Made by a program: the position numbers and the translations under genes. Under the pieces are notes generated by a model, which ran no database searches, had not been told where the DNA came from, and worked only from the letters and a program-made list of their open reading frames with translations. 64,000 nucleotides of DNA from Candidatus Acidiferrales bacterium (GTDB lineage: Bacteria > Acidobacteriota > Terriglobia > Bryobacterales > Bryobacteraceae), in the NCBI GenBank assembly GCA_035570275.1, contig DATMNI010000373.1, positions 38,464 to 102,463 of the forward strand, written 5' to 3'. How positions within the stretch are numbered: the stretch's first letter is position 1; each line of letters begins with the position of its first letter. Positions 1 to 9,024 of this stretch are shown here, one piece after another.

Positions 1-207
1 CGTTCGGTGCCTGTATTATTAATATTCATGTTCATGCTGTTATATATAATGCGAGAAACTTCACATCTCTTCAATAGACACAAGGCACTACTGCATGTTG
101 TATTGCCCGACAGTACTTTAGAAGCATAACCCAACTGGAATACAACTGTTGCGCCTCGTGCGGGAAGTTGCGAAGGGTGGTACTGCCCGTTCTGATATTC
201 TGGCCAG

Positions 208-954
208 ATGGACCAGGACCAGCTCCGGACGTTGTTCGAACAGGTTCGTGCCGGCGCCGTCGATATTGACGCCGCCATGACTCGCATGCGGCACATGCCC
301 TTCGAAGACCTGGGGTTCGCCAAGGTGGACCACCACCGCGCCCTGCGCCACGGCATGCCGGAAGTGATCTTCGCCAAGGGGAAGACCCCGGAGCAAGTGG
401 TGGCCATTGCCGCCTGCCTGCTGCAGAACGCTCCCAACGTGCTGATCACGCGCGCCGACCGCGAATGCGCGGCTCTGGTGACGGAGAAACTGCCGGGCGC
501 CGAGTACCTGCCGCTTTCCTGCGCCATTCGTTTCTGGCGCGACCGCACGGTGCACGGCAAGGGCACCATCGCGGTGGTCTGCGCCGGAACCAGCGATATT
601 CCGGTGGCCGAAGAAGCGCAGGTCACCGCCGAGCTGATGGGCAACCAGGTGGACGCCATTCACGATATCGGCGTGGCCGGAATCCATCGCCTCATGCACA
701 ACCGCGACCGCCTCACCGAGGCCCGCGTGGTGGTGGTGTGCGCCGGCATGGAAGGGGCGCTGCCCAGCGTGGTGGGAGGTCTGGTCTCCGGCCCCGTGAT
801 CGCCGTACCCACCAGCGTCGGCTACGGCGCCAGTTTCCACGGTTTAGCCGCCCTGCTCGGCATGCTCAACAGTTGCGCCAGCAACGTGACCGTGGTCAAC
901 ATCGACAACGGCTTCGGGGCCGGTTACGTCGCCAGCCTGATCAATCGATTGTGA
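208..954 (+). CDS. larB: LarB, nickel-pincer cofactor biosynthesis (pyridinium-3,5-biscarboxylic acid mononucleotide synthase, PurE/AIR-carboxylase-like)
   Basis: 248-aa ORF with near full-length resemblance to LarB. Motifs seen: [63 protein letters not shown]. Confidence 0.85.
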   Translation: MDQDQLRTLFEQVRAGAVDIDAAMTRMRHMPFEDLGFAKVDHHRALRHGMPEVIFAKGKTPEQVVAIAACLLQNAPNVLITRADRECAALVTEKLPGAEYLPLSCAIRFWRDRTVHGKGTIAVVCAGTSDIPVAEEAQVTAELMGNQVDAIHDIGVAGIHRLMHNRDRLTEARVVVVCAGMEGALPSVVGGLVSGPVIAVPTSVGYGASFHGLAALLGMLNSCASNVTVVNIDNGFGAGYVASLINRL

Positions 955-967
955 GAAGGGAAGCGGT

Positions 968-1055
968 CAGCTATCAGCTTTCAGCGATCAGCTTGAAAAC
1001 TGGCGCACGCGCCGGAGGCTCGCTGGTTTAGCTGATAGCTGAATGCTGATAGCTA
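968..1055. repeat. Imperfect 26-bp inverted repeat (AGCTATCAGC-TTCAGC-ATCAGCT type) between the convergent larB and oxidoreductase genes
   Basis: Left arm 968..993 is cagctatcagctttcagcgatcagct. The right arm 1030..1055 is its near reverse complement. The right arm overlaps the stop codon of the minus-strand gene. Confidence 0.6.
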
Positions 1056-2213
1056 TCCTCTCAGCTCTCCCACCGATACCCAGGCCCGCTTCTTCCACGA
1101 TTCCAGCCCCGCCTCGGCCAGTTGCACGCCCTTGGCGCCTTCCAGCAATCCCCAGCGGAACGGCTCGTCTTTCACCACGTGGCGCAGGAAGAATTCCCAC
1201 TGCCGCTTGAAGGCGTTGTCGAACGTGTCCTGCTCGGGGATTTTTTGCCACCCCTCGAAATAGTTCAGCGGGCTGTCGATATCCGGGTTCCACACCGGGC
1301 GCGGCGTGGCGCCGTAGGGCTGAATCCAGCAGTGGCGCAACCCGGCGATCGCCGTGCCCTTGGTGCCGTCCACCTGAATGGTGAGCAGGTCGTCGCGGCG
1401 CACGCGCACGCACCACGACGAGTTGAAGTGCGCGATGATGCCGCCCTCCAGTTCGAATGTGGCATAAGCCGAGTCGTCGGCCGTGCAGGCGTACGGCTTC
1501 CCGGCCTCATCCCAGCGCGTGGGAATGTGGGTGGCGCCCAGGCACGACACCGCCTTCACGGCGCCGAACAAGTTGTCCAGCACGTAGCGCCAATGGCACA
1601 GCATGTCGATGATGACGCCGCCGCCATCTTCCTTACGATAGTTCCAGGACGGCCGCTGCGCGGGTACCGAATCTCCTTCGAAGACCCAGTACCCGAATTC
1701 GCCGCGCACCGAAATAATTTTGCCGAAGAAGCCCAGATCGCGCAGGGTTTGCAGCTTCAACAGCCCGGGCAGCCACAGTTTGTCCTGGACCACGCCGTGT
1801 TTCACGCCGGCCTGGCAGGCCCTGCGATAGAGATCCAGCGCGGTTTCAAGATTGTCGGAGACCGGCTTTTCGCAATAGATATGCTTGCCGCGGGCGATGG
1901 CTTTGCGCACGTCGGGCGCCCGCCGGTCGGTGGTTTGCGCGTCGAAGTAGATCGAATAATCGGCACTGCCCAGGGCCGAATCCAGGTCGGTGCTCCAGGG
2001 CAGACCGCCGCATTCGGCTGAGATGGCCTCCAGTTTGGCCGCATTGCGGCCCACCAGCAGCGGGCGCGGCATAATGGCTTCGCCGGGCCCCAGCGCAACT
2101 CCTCCCTGCTGCATAATGGCGTAGATGGACCGCCGCAGGTGCTGGTTCAGCCCCATGCGTCCGGTGACGCCGTTCATGATGATGCCTACGGAATGAATGG
2201 TTTTTTGGCTCAT
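1053..2213 (-). CDS. Gfo/Idh/MocA family NAD(P)-dependent oxidoreductase
   Basis: N-terminal Rossmann motif VGIIMNGVTGRMG. Start moved to the ATG at 2213 (MSQKTIHSVGI); the longer ORF to 2285 is Arg-rich and non-homologous looking. Family-typical EKP motif present (IYCEKPV). Confidence 0.8.
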   Translation of the reverse strand: MSQKTIHSVGIIMNGVTGRMGLNQHLRRSIYAIMQQGGVALGPGEAIMPRPLLVGRNAAKLEAISAECGGLPWSTDLDSALGSADYSIYFDAQTTDRRAPDVRKAIARGKHIYCEKPVSDNLETALDLYRRACQAGVKHGVVQDKLWLPGLLKLQTLRDLGFFGKIISVRGEFGYWVFEGDSVPAQRPSWNYRKEDGGGVIIDMLCHWRYVLDNLFGAVKAVSCLGATHIPTRWDEAGKPYACTADDSAYATFELEGGIIAHFNSSWCVRVRRDDLLTIQVDGTKGTAIAGLRHCWIQPYGATPRPVWNPDIDSPLNYFEGWQKIPEQDTFDNAFKRQWEFFLRHVVKDEPFRWGLLEGAKGVQLAEAGLESWKKRAWVSVGELRG

Positions 2214-2232
2214 TTCATTGATTGTTGCTTTT

Positions 2233-2676
2233 CTACGGCTTCTCCGTACACTGCGGCGCCGCTCCGGCCGGCAGCGGGGGCACATCCACGCCCGCGCGCG
2301 GCAGCGTGCCGTCCAGTTCCTGTCGCCAGTGGGCCACGTCGCCCGCCGGGCCGTAGCAGTAGATCATACGCATCGGCGTCTGACCGGTGTTGGTCAACTG
2401 GTGGAAGACCGTGGGCGGAATGTAAACGGCTTGCCCGGTCTGCACCGCGATCTTCTCTTCGCCCAGGCACATTTCGCCCGTGCCTTCCACAATGAAATAG
2501 ATCTCTTCCTGCTGCTGGTTATGCCACGGCACCTGGCCGCCGTCCGGCTCCAGCGTAACGTGGCCCATGGAAAAGTTGGTGGCCTGGATGGGGCTCATGC
2601 CCCCCACCAGGTTCTGCGTGCGCCGGCGCGCCGGATAAGAACGGCCTGCAATTTTGGATAAGTCGGCAATAGTCAT
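2233..2676 (-). CDS. Cupin domain protein
   Basis: 147-aa ORF with the two cupin motifs (G.VPWHNQQQEEIYFIVEG and GQAVYIPPTVFHQLTN). Confidence 0.7.
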   Translation of the reverse strand: MTIADLSKIAGRSYPARRRTQNLVGGMSPIQATNFSMGHVTLEPDGGQVPWHNQQQEEIYFIVEGTGEMCLGEEKIAVQTGQAVYIPPTVFHQLTNTGQTPMRMIYCYGPAGDVAHWRQELDGTLPRAGVDVPPLPAGAAPQCTEKP

Positions 2677-2693
2677 GACGGACTGCTCCTAAT

Positions 2694-2818
2694 TGTGGGG
2701 CAGGTTGTTAACCTGCGGCGGATTGGCAATCCGCCTTCTTGTAGTCGCGGAACTGATTGACAATCGGCTGCAGGCTGCCAACCAGGTTGCCAACCGGGCT
2801 GCCGACCTGCCCCCACAT
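2694..2818. repeat. REP-like double-hairpin repeat, inward-facing pair (copy A plus a degenerate inverted copy)
   Basis: 2694..2735 is tgtggggCAGGTTGttAACCTGcGGCGGATTGgCAATCCGCC (two adjacent hairpins). 2753..2818 is a degenerate inverse ending ctgcccccacat, with a triplicated gctgccaacc segment. The same unit recurs at 11046..11178 and 59116..59227. Confidence 0.6.
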
Positions 2819-2820
2819 GC

Positions 2821-4191
2821 CTAGATTCTTCCTGCCTTACGAAAACGGTTGCCAAAGAAATAGAATACAACCCCGAGCGCAACCAGTATCGCCCCAAACT
2901 CCAGCGCATTGATCGGCCCCAGAGGCTCAGCGTCATTGCGGATCACCGTCAGCACCAGCAGCGCCAAGGGCAGGATGCCCAGTCCGATGGCGCCGGCCAT
3001 GCCGCCCGGGACGCGGTACGGCCGCGGCAACTCGGGTTCCCGAATGCGCAGCGCCACCAGCGACGCGAACTCCAGCAGAATGCTGAGCCCGGTCAGCAGC
3101 ACATCCAGCACAATCAGCTTGGTAAAGCTGAAAGTGAGGCACAGCGCCCACGCCGCCGCGCAAAACACAATCGCCACCCACGGCGCCCCGGTTTTGGAGT
3201 GCCGCCGCGCCAGCACCTTCGGCAAAAAACCATCCTCGGCCATCACCGCCGGCAGGCGCGAGAGCGACATCGTCAAGGCATTCAGCGAACCCACCGCGCC
3301 CAAAATGCCGCCCACGGTGATGGCCACTGCCAGCGCCTGGCTGCCGAATCCGGGCGGAAGAATGGCGCGTGACACATCGGCCCACCCGCCGGTGGACCAC
3401 CGGTTGGCATCGAGGCCAGTCAAGGCGACCGCGCCCACCGGCACCACGTAGCTCAAGGTCACCAGCGTCACGGCGCCGGCCATCGCCAGCGGATAGGTCC
3501 GTTGCGGCCGGTCCACTTCGCCCGCGATGGTCGACGCGTTGTCCCAGCCCATGTAATTCCACATCGCCACCAGAATGCCGCCCAGGATGTCGACATTGTG
3601 CAGCGGAACGGGAAGCGCCGCCGTGGTTTCGCGATGGAAACCGGCATACGCTGCCAACACCGCAAACGGCGCCAGCAGCAGCATGGTCATGACGAACCCA
3701 CTGCCGCCTACCGTTTTGGCGCCCGCCACATTCCACGCCGCCGAGACCGCGATCATGGCCACGCCAATTGCGATGCCGCGGCCCCCGGCGGTCAACGATG
3801 GCGCGAAGTGGCCCAGGTAACCCACGAACAGCGTCGGGTAGATGGCCATGTCGAAGATGCTGCCCACCAGCGACAGCCAGGCTTCCTGAAAGCCCCAGAA
3901 CGGCCCCATCGAGCGGAATGCCCAGACGTAAAACCCGCCCTCCTCGGGCAGCGCGCTGGACAGTTCGGCCACCATCAGCGCGGCCGGCAGCGCCCAGATC
4001 AGGGGCGTCACCAGCAAAATGAGGATGGCGCCCGCATACCCGGCCTTGGAAACGATATCTTCGAGCCCGAACGGCCCGCCCGAGACCATCAGGTAGACGG
4101 CCGCGATCAGCGGCAGCAGCGTTACCCTGGCGGCCCCCGACGTCGCGCCGGGTTTTGATGCTGCGGTTGCCAAGGATCGTGGAAGCACCAT
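2821..4191 (-). CDS. APC superfamily amino acid/polyamine permease
   Basis: About 12 hydrophobic segments and an N-terminal GGPFGLE motif typical of APC transporters. Start set at the ATG at 4191 (MVLPRSL); the upstream ORF extension overlaps the neighbouring small gene. Confidence 0.8.
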   Translation of the reverse strand: MVLPRSLATAASKPGATSGAARVTLLPLIAAVYLMVSGGPFGLEDIVSKAGYAGAILILLVTPLIWALPAALMVAELSSALPEEGGFYVWAFRSMGPFWGFQEAWLSLVGSIFDMAIYPTLFVGYLGHFAPSLTAGGRGIAIGVAMIAVSAAWNVAGAKTVGGSGFVMTMLLLAPFAVLAAYAGFHRETTAALPVPLHNVDILGGILVAMWNYMGWDNASTIAGEVDRPQRTYPLAMAGAVTLVTLSYVVPVGAVALTGLDANRWSTGGWADVSRAILPPGFGSQALAVAITVGGILGAVGSLNALTMSLSRLPAVMAEDGFLPKVLARRHSKTGAPWVAIVFCAAAWALCLTFSFTKLIVLDVLLTGLSILLEFASLVALRIREPELPRPYRVPGGMAGAIGLGILPLALLVLTVIRNDAEPLGPINALEFGAILVALGVVFYFFGNRFRKAGRI

Positions 4192-4252
4192 TAACAGAGT
4201 ACGGCATTCGGACGGCGGGTCCTCGGCCGTTGCGTTGTCCTGAAGGTCGACT

Positions 4253-4498
4253 CTATTCCTTCTTCCCCTCCAGCTTATCCAGCCGGCGCGACATCTCGGC
4301 CATGCGCTCGTCACGCTCCGCGAGCATTTCGTCCATTTGTTCGGACCACTCAATCAGGCGTGCGACCTGACGGGTTCCGCCGTTGATGATGCCGCCCTGG
4401 CGCGCCAGCCGTGTTTCGATGCGATTGATCCCGTCCTTTACCTCGCCGATCTCTCGCGAAAGCGAGCCGAAAAGATCCATCAGCGTTCGGTCATCCAT
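4253..4498 (-). CDS. Small (81 aa) charged coiled-coil protein, unknown function
   Basis: ATG at 4498 preceded by GAGGAG. Heptad-rich acidic/basic sequence. It is the only coherent part of the long 4253..5272 ORF. Confidence 0.5.
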   Translation of the reverse strand: MDDRTLMDLFGSLSREIGEVKDGINRIETRLARQGGIINGGTRQVARLIEWSEQMDEMLAERDERMAEMSRRLDKLEGKKE

Positions 4499-4644
4499 TG
4501 TGATTTCGCCTCTTCTCCTCGGTACGCAGCCAGACGCCGCGCCACTCTCACCGCCACTCTTAATCTTATCCAGTCTGGCGGCCTGTAACCGCACTGTTTG
4601 AAGATCGCCAGTTCCTCGGATCAACCATCTTCGCAGAGAACTGT

Positions 4645-4995
4645 CTAACCACCCTGCGCCGCGGCAGCTTCTCCCGCGCTCCACAGGTTTTCCGGGAACA
4701 CCGCCCTCAGCGGTTTGACATACTTTGAGCCGTCGCCGGGAATTGCGTAGTAATCGGCCTGGCCAAAGGAATCTGCCAGGGTCAGGATCGCGAAGCCGTG
4801 GTTGAAGACGTTCCCGTTGTCTGCAAGAAATGGCCGATTTCCCAGCGGGTGCGCCAGGTCGCTGGATACGAGGGTCGCATAGGGATTCCCGCTCTTCAGC
4901 ATGGGAAAGTCCGAGTAACCCACGCAGCGGCCTTTGGGTGTCCCGGTCCAGGAGTGGAAATGGCGCATACATTTCGAGGAGGTGCTCAGGCCCAT
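4645..4995 (-). CDS. Hypothetical protein (116 aa), no domain recognised
   Basis: Strong G/C third-position bias in this frame. ATG at 4995 lies 5 nt after GAGGGA. No signal peptide and no motif that I can name. Confidence 0.4.
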   Translation of the reverse strand: MGLSTSSKCMRHFHSWTGTPKGRCVGYSDFPMLKSGNPYATLVSSDLAHPLGNRPFLADNGNVFNHGFAILTLADSFGQADYYAIPGDGSKYVKPLRAVFPENLWSAGEAAAAQGG

Positions 4996-5082
4996 ATGTT
5001 TCCCTCTGCGCGGTCGCCGCCGGTTTGTCTCTCTGCCCGGCCACAGCCGGCGACGTCGGCGTATCACAGCCGACTGGAGCCG

Positions 5083-6831
5083 TCAGACGGGTTTCGCCAC
5101 CTTCAGTTTCGGCAATATCATCAGAACGCTGCCGTACACAAGCAGCGACAGGAACAGCGCGGGGTTGCGGTCCTGATGCAGATCGATGGCGATGAGCCGG
5201 TAGGCGCCGAGTAACATGGCGGGATAGATGAGCCGGGAGAGTTCCGGCTTGTTCCAACGCGCGCCGGCCCACGCCAGCAGCAGGGCCGCGGCGGCCAGGA
5301 CGGCGGTTCGCAGCGTGGCGCAGTAGGCGTCGCTGGCCGATTCGCCGAAGAGCCGGTGGCAGGCGGCGGTCAAGGCTCCGGCTGCCATTCCGGCGGTGAG
5401 CCAGCCCAGGGTTCCCGCCAGCGCCAGACGCAGCGTGTGCGAACCCACTGCCGACCGGCTGCCCAACGTGTAGCAGATGGCCGCCGCCAGTATCGCGGTC
5501 CCCAGAAGCAACTGGCCCTCACCAGACCCGCCCATCTGCATCGACGCGTTGCCGAGCAAGAAGCCGCCTGCCTGACCGAGCGCACCGGACGCGGCCAGTC
5601 CCAGAATCAAATAGACGGCGCCGTGCACTTGCAGCGTGAGGCGGCCGAAGAAACCGCCGCCCCACAGGCCGGCGATGGCCAGCAGAGACCATACCGCGGC
5701 GGCCGCGATTCCGGACAGCAGGATGCGGCTGCCGGCCACCGCCAGCACTATCGCGAAAGTGGAATAAGTATAAAAGTTGCGCCCGTGCGGCCCGCTGCGG
5801 TCCAGCATCTTGAATGAAATGCCGTAACCGGCGGCGGCGCAGACCAGCGCCAGCACGGCTATGGCAGGCGCGATATAGGCGTCCGCGCTGGCCAGCCGCA
5901 TTCCGCCGCCCAGGCTGATGGCAAACGCCAGGGCGAACTGCGCGGTTTCGAAACCCGTGAACGCGGTGCCGCGGAAGAGGGTTCGAAAGCCGATGCTGCC
6001 GAGGTAGATGGCAAGCAGCGCCACTTGCGCGGCCAGGAGCGCCGGGTGGGCGATGGGCGCCCAGGCTTCCGGAACGCCGTGTTGGTTGGTGACCAGCCAG
6101 GTGGTCAGAAGCACCGCCAGATCGGCGGCCCAGGCTGCCGGCCAGCGCTTGCTGAGCCAACGGTTGAGGCAGGCCGACGTTTCCACGGCGGCGGCGATAG
6201 CGAGGATGACGAAGGTGAAGGGGATGGCATCGTGCGTCGCCACCAGCAGCGCCGCGGAGACGCCCAAGCCGGCCAGCATGGCAAACGTGGCCACGATCGA
6301 CAGATCCTTCTTCCAGGAGACGGCCCAGCCGAAGAGGGTGAACGCCAGCAGAATGCCGCCGGCGGCCCAAGTGGATACGGCATGAAACCGGAGGGTGGCT
6401 TCCCACAACAGCGGCGACAGCAGCAGCACGGAGATCAGGCTGTGAATCGCGGTCTCCAGTTTCTGCCCGGCGGGAGTCCGCGCGGCCAGTACCAGCCAGA
6501 GCATGGCGTAAAGGATCCCGATGGCGACGCCGGCCTTCGGTGCCAGGGTGCCGGATTCGGTAAGAGCGCGGAGCAGGTAGGCGCCGGCCAGGCCGAGCAG
6601 GCCGCGGCCCAACACCGGAAGCAGGGTAGTGGTTTCGGGAAGGCTGGGAGTCTGGGCCGCGGACTTCGGCGCCGGCGCAGTGCCGGTGACCGGCAAAGCC
6701 TGGGGGGCCACGCCCGCCGAGCGTTCCAGGCAGGCTACGCGCTCCTGCAGTTGGCGAACCTGCTGGACCAACGCGTCAAACTCCGGTTGCAACAAGGCAA
6801 CCTCCTCAGACTGAAACTGCCGGCGGTTCAT
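5083..6831 (-). CDS. Polytopic membrane protein, DUF2339-like
   Basis: N-terminal soluble coiled coil (FDALVQQVRQLQERVACLER) followed by more than 12 hydrophobic helices. This architecture is typical of DUF2339. Confidence 0.65.
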   Translation of the reverse strand: MNRRQFQSEEVALLQPEFDALVQQVRQLQERVACLERSAGVAPQALPVTGTAPAPKSAAQTPSLPETTTLLPVLGRGLLGLAGAYLLRALTESGTLAPKAGVAIGILYAMLWLVLAARTPAGQKLETAIHSLISVLLLSPLLWEATLRFHAVSTWAAGGILLAFTLFGWAVSWKKDLSIVATFAMLAGLGVSAALLVATHDAIPFTFVILAIAAAVETSACLNRWLSKRWPAAWAADLAVLLTTWLVTNQHGVPEAWAPIAHPALLAAQVALLAIYLGSIGFRTLFRGTAFTGFETAQFALAFAISLGGGMRLASADAYIAPAIAVLALVCAAAGYGISFKMLDRSGPHGRNFYTYSTFAIVLAVAGSRILLSGIAAAAVWSLLAIAGLWGGGFFGRLTLQVHGAVYLILGLAASGALGQAGGFLLGNASMQMGGSGEGQLLLGTAILAAAICYTLGSRSAVGSHTLRLALAGTLGWLTAGMAAGALTAACHRLFGESASDAYCATLRTAVLAAAALLLAWAGARWNKPELSRLIYPAMLLGAYRLIAIDLHQDRNPALFLSLLVYGSVLMILPKLKVAKPV

Positions 6832-6865
6832 CGGCCGGGTTCATCGTCCGGGTTCATCGCCCGGT

Positions 6866-8926
6866 TTATCGCCCCGGCGCGAATCTCCCCAGCCAGCCAA
6901 GCGTGGCCTCCAGTTCCAAAACGACCTGGCCTGGGGTAACTTCGCCGCGCATCCGCACCAACGCCGACTCCACCTTCCGGGCCTGCAGCGCGAAGTACAA
7001 TTCCTCGCTCTCCGGATCCCGCTCGCCAGCGATCACCAGCGTCGGCGTCTGAAAGCTCTGCGCCCAAAACAGCGGCGAATGCTTCGTATACTGTTCCGGA
7101 TTCTCCCACGGCATCGCACCCATCCAAGCCGCGGCCCTGGCGGCGCCGTCGGGGGTCAGCGCGACATGGGTAACCCAGTCCGCTATGGGCCTCCGCGCCA
7201 CCACCGCGGCGAAGCGATCGGTGTGGCCAATCGCCCAGGCCGCCAGCAATCCGCCCACCAGCGTCAGGCGCTTGGGGTCCACGTAGCCCTTGGCGGCGAC
7301 GGCATCCACGCCCCGGATCAGGTCGTCAAAATCGTCGCCCGGGTAACGGGAGTGGATGAGGTTGCCGAATTCTTCGCCATAGCCTGGAGTGCCCCGCGGA
7401 TTGGCGCACAGCACCACGTAGCCGAGCGCGGCGAAAAGCTGTGCCCGCAACCGGAATTCGGGCCCGCACATGCGCCGGCTGGATTTCGGCCCAGGGGCCT
7501 CGTCGATATCCAGCAGCAGCGGGTATTTTTTCGCGGCGTCGAATCCCGGCGGCTTGAGCACCCAACCCTGGATGGTCTTGCCGTCGGACGCCCAATGGAC
7601 CTCCTCGGCCCGCCCCGTGTCCCGCGCCGCCAGCAGGCCCTCGGCGGGTGCGGCCAACCGGGCTGGCTGGCCCGCCAGATCGACGGGGAAGGCGACCACC
7701 TCATCTGCCGCCGTAGCAGTGGACCGAACTGCCACGGCCCGGCCGTTATCGGCCAGCGAAAAGCCGCCCAGCCGCTGTGGCTCGCGGGTCGCCTGGCGCA
7801 CGCTGCCGTCGTTTCTGGCGGCATAGACGTAAGTTGCGCCGTGGTCGTCGGCCAGAAAGTAAACCGTGCGCGAGTCCGAACTCCACTGCGGCCGCCTCAC
7901 ATCGCGGTCCAGCGCACCGGCCAACACCTTGACCCGGCTGCCGTCCGCGTTCATCACGTACAGCTTGCGGATGGTGTAACTCTGGGGCAGGGCTTCGCGC
8001 GCCACCCAGGCGATCTTGCTGCCATCGGGCGAGGCCATGGGCGATTCCGGCTGGACGTGCCCTCCGGGTTCGGACCCGCGGTGTTGAGTGAGTTGCCGGC
8101 GCGCCCCATCGGCCACCCGGATGGCGTAGATTTCCCCGCCCTGCAGTGGGTTGCCGGCATCGGCAACAGGTGCGGCCGCAGCCAGGATCTCGCGGCCGTC
8201 GGGCATCCAGGCTGGTTCGCCGGTGTAGTTGAGATCGCCATGGAGATCGCCATTGAGATCGCCATGGAAATCGCCGGCCGTAAGCTGGCGCGGCGCTCCG
8301 CCTTGGGACCCCACTACGAAGATCCGGACGCGGCTGGTCACCCTCTGCTGCAGGAGCGGCAGCAGGGCCGGCGGCGCCCAGGCGGGCAGCGTGGCCGTCA
8401 CTGGAACCGGCGCGGTAAAAGCCAACCACTTGCCGTCCGCGGACCATGCGAGAGCTTCGGGCGGCAGCGCGGTGGGGATTTCCAGTTCCTGGCCGGAGTC
8501 CACCGTGTGTACCCGGATCTGCGTTTTCCCACTGCGGTCCGAAAGATAGGCGAGGCGCGCGCCATCGGGGGACCAGCGGGGCGAAAAATCGCGCCATGGC
8601 CCTCGGGTCAACTGGCGCGGCCGGGTGGCGCCATCGGCAGCGACCGTCCACAAGTTGGACCCGAAGGCGTCCCGATCCCGATCGTTCCAGGTTTCGACAT
8701 AGACTACCCGGCTGCCATCGCCACTGATCCGCGGGTCGCAGGCTGCGCGGAAGGCCCACCAGTCGTCCAGGGAAAAGGGCTGACTGGCGGCCACTGCCAC
8801 CGGCGCGCACGCCAGACCGATTGCCAGGCTGATTACCGGGCCGATTGCCAGACCGATTGGCTTCAAAAAATTGACTCCGAACGGAATTAGTCTACCCCAG
8901 ACGCCGTTCGGCAGAGAAACAACCAC
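6866..8926 (-). CDS. S9 (prolyl oligopeptidase/acylaminoacyl peptidase) family protein: TolB-like beta-propeller plus alpha/beta-hydrolase domain, probably non-catalytic
   Basis: Signal peptide, WD40-like propeller repeats (W.PDG, SPDGS) and a C-terminal hydrolase fold. The nucleophile elbow reads GGLLAAW instead of GGSYGG, and no His sits at the expected C-terminal position. Confidence 0.8.
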   Translation of the reverse strand: MVVSLPNGVWGRLIPFGVNFLKPIGLAIGPVISLAIGLACAPVAVAASQPFSLDDWWAFRAACDPRISGDGSRVVYVETWNDRDRDAFGSNLWTVAADGATRPRQLTRGPWRDFSPRWSPDGARLAYLSDRSGKTQIRVHTVDSGQELEIPTALPPEALAWSADGKWLAFTAPVPVTATLPAWAPPALLPLLQQRVTSRVRIFVVGSQGGAPRQLTAGDFHGDLNGDLHGDLNYTGEPAWMPDGREILAAAAPVADAGNPLQGGEIYAIRVADGARRQLTQHRGSEPGGHVQPESPMASPDGSKIAWVAREALPQSYTIRKLYVMNADGSRVKVLAGALDRDVRRPQWSSDSRTVYFLADDHGATYVYAARNDGSVRQATREPQRLGGFSLADNGRAVAVRSTATAADEVVAFPVDLAGQPARLAAPAEGLLAARDTGRAEEVHWASDGKTIQGWVLKPPGFDAAKKYPLLLDIDEAPGPKSSRRMCGPEFRLRAQLFAALGYVVLCANPRGTPGYGEEFGNLIHSRYPGDDFDDLIRGVDAVAAKGYVDPKRLTLVGGLLAAWAIGHTDRFAAVVARRPIADWVTHVALTPDGAARAAAWMGAMPWENPEQYTKHSPLFWAQSFQTPTLVIAGERDPESEELYFALQARKVESALVRMRGEVTPGQVVLELEATLGWLGRFAPGR
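8231..8278. repeat. 4 x 12-nt in-frame tandem repeat inside the S9-family gene
   Basis: gagatcgccatg / gagatcgccatt / gagatcgccatg / gaaatcgccggc, encoding GDFHGDLNGDLHGDLN on the minus strand. Confidence 0.85.
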
Positions 8927-9024
8927 TCCTTTACAGTCGTGGCTCTGATGGCCTCGTTGCCAATACGAGACTTCGGATCAGAGCGGCGACTGGTCGCTCG
9001 ACCGTTAGGGAGCCGTCGCGCAAC

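Noticed and set aside
118-840. Long ORFs antisense to or overlapping confident genes: 118..840, 1122..2021, 2933..4207, 5519..6406, 6025..6939, 7079..8890, 7746..8810, 9346..10404, 12536..13342, 13017..13814, 14393..15456, 16767..17855, 18165..19037, 23602..24321, 24857..25822, 26847..27686, 30149..30952, 36752..37981, 45496..46389, 46745..47758, 47880..48743, 49515..50768, 52580..53437, 62612..63847.
   Set aside because: These are typical high-GC shadow ORFs. They are Arg/Gly/Pro/Ala-rich, carry no recognisable motifs, and each overlaps a gene with clear family signatures on the other strand or frame.
2673-2936. ORFs running through REP-like repeats (2673..2936, 10996..11394, 11012..11350, 59020..59241, 59165..59623).
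   Set aside because: Their sequences (RRIANPP, GGLPIRRR, NLPHI) are just translations of the hairpin repeats.
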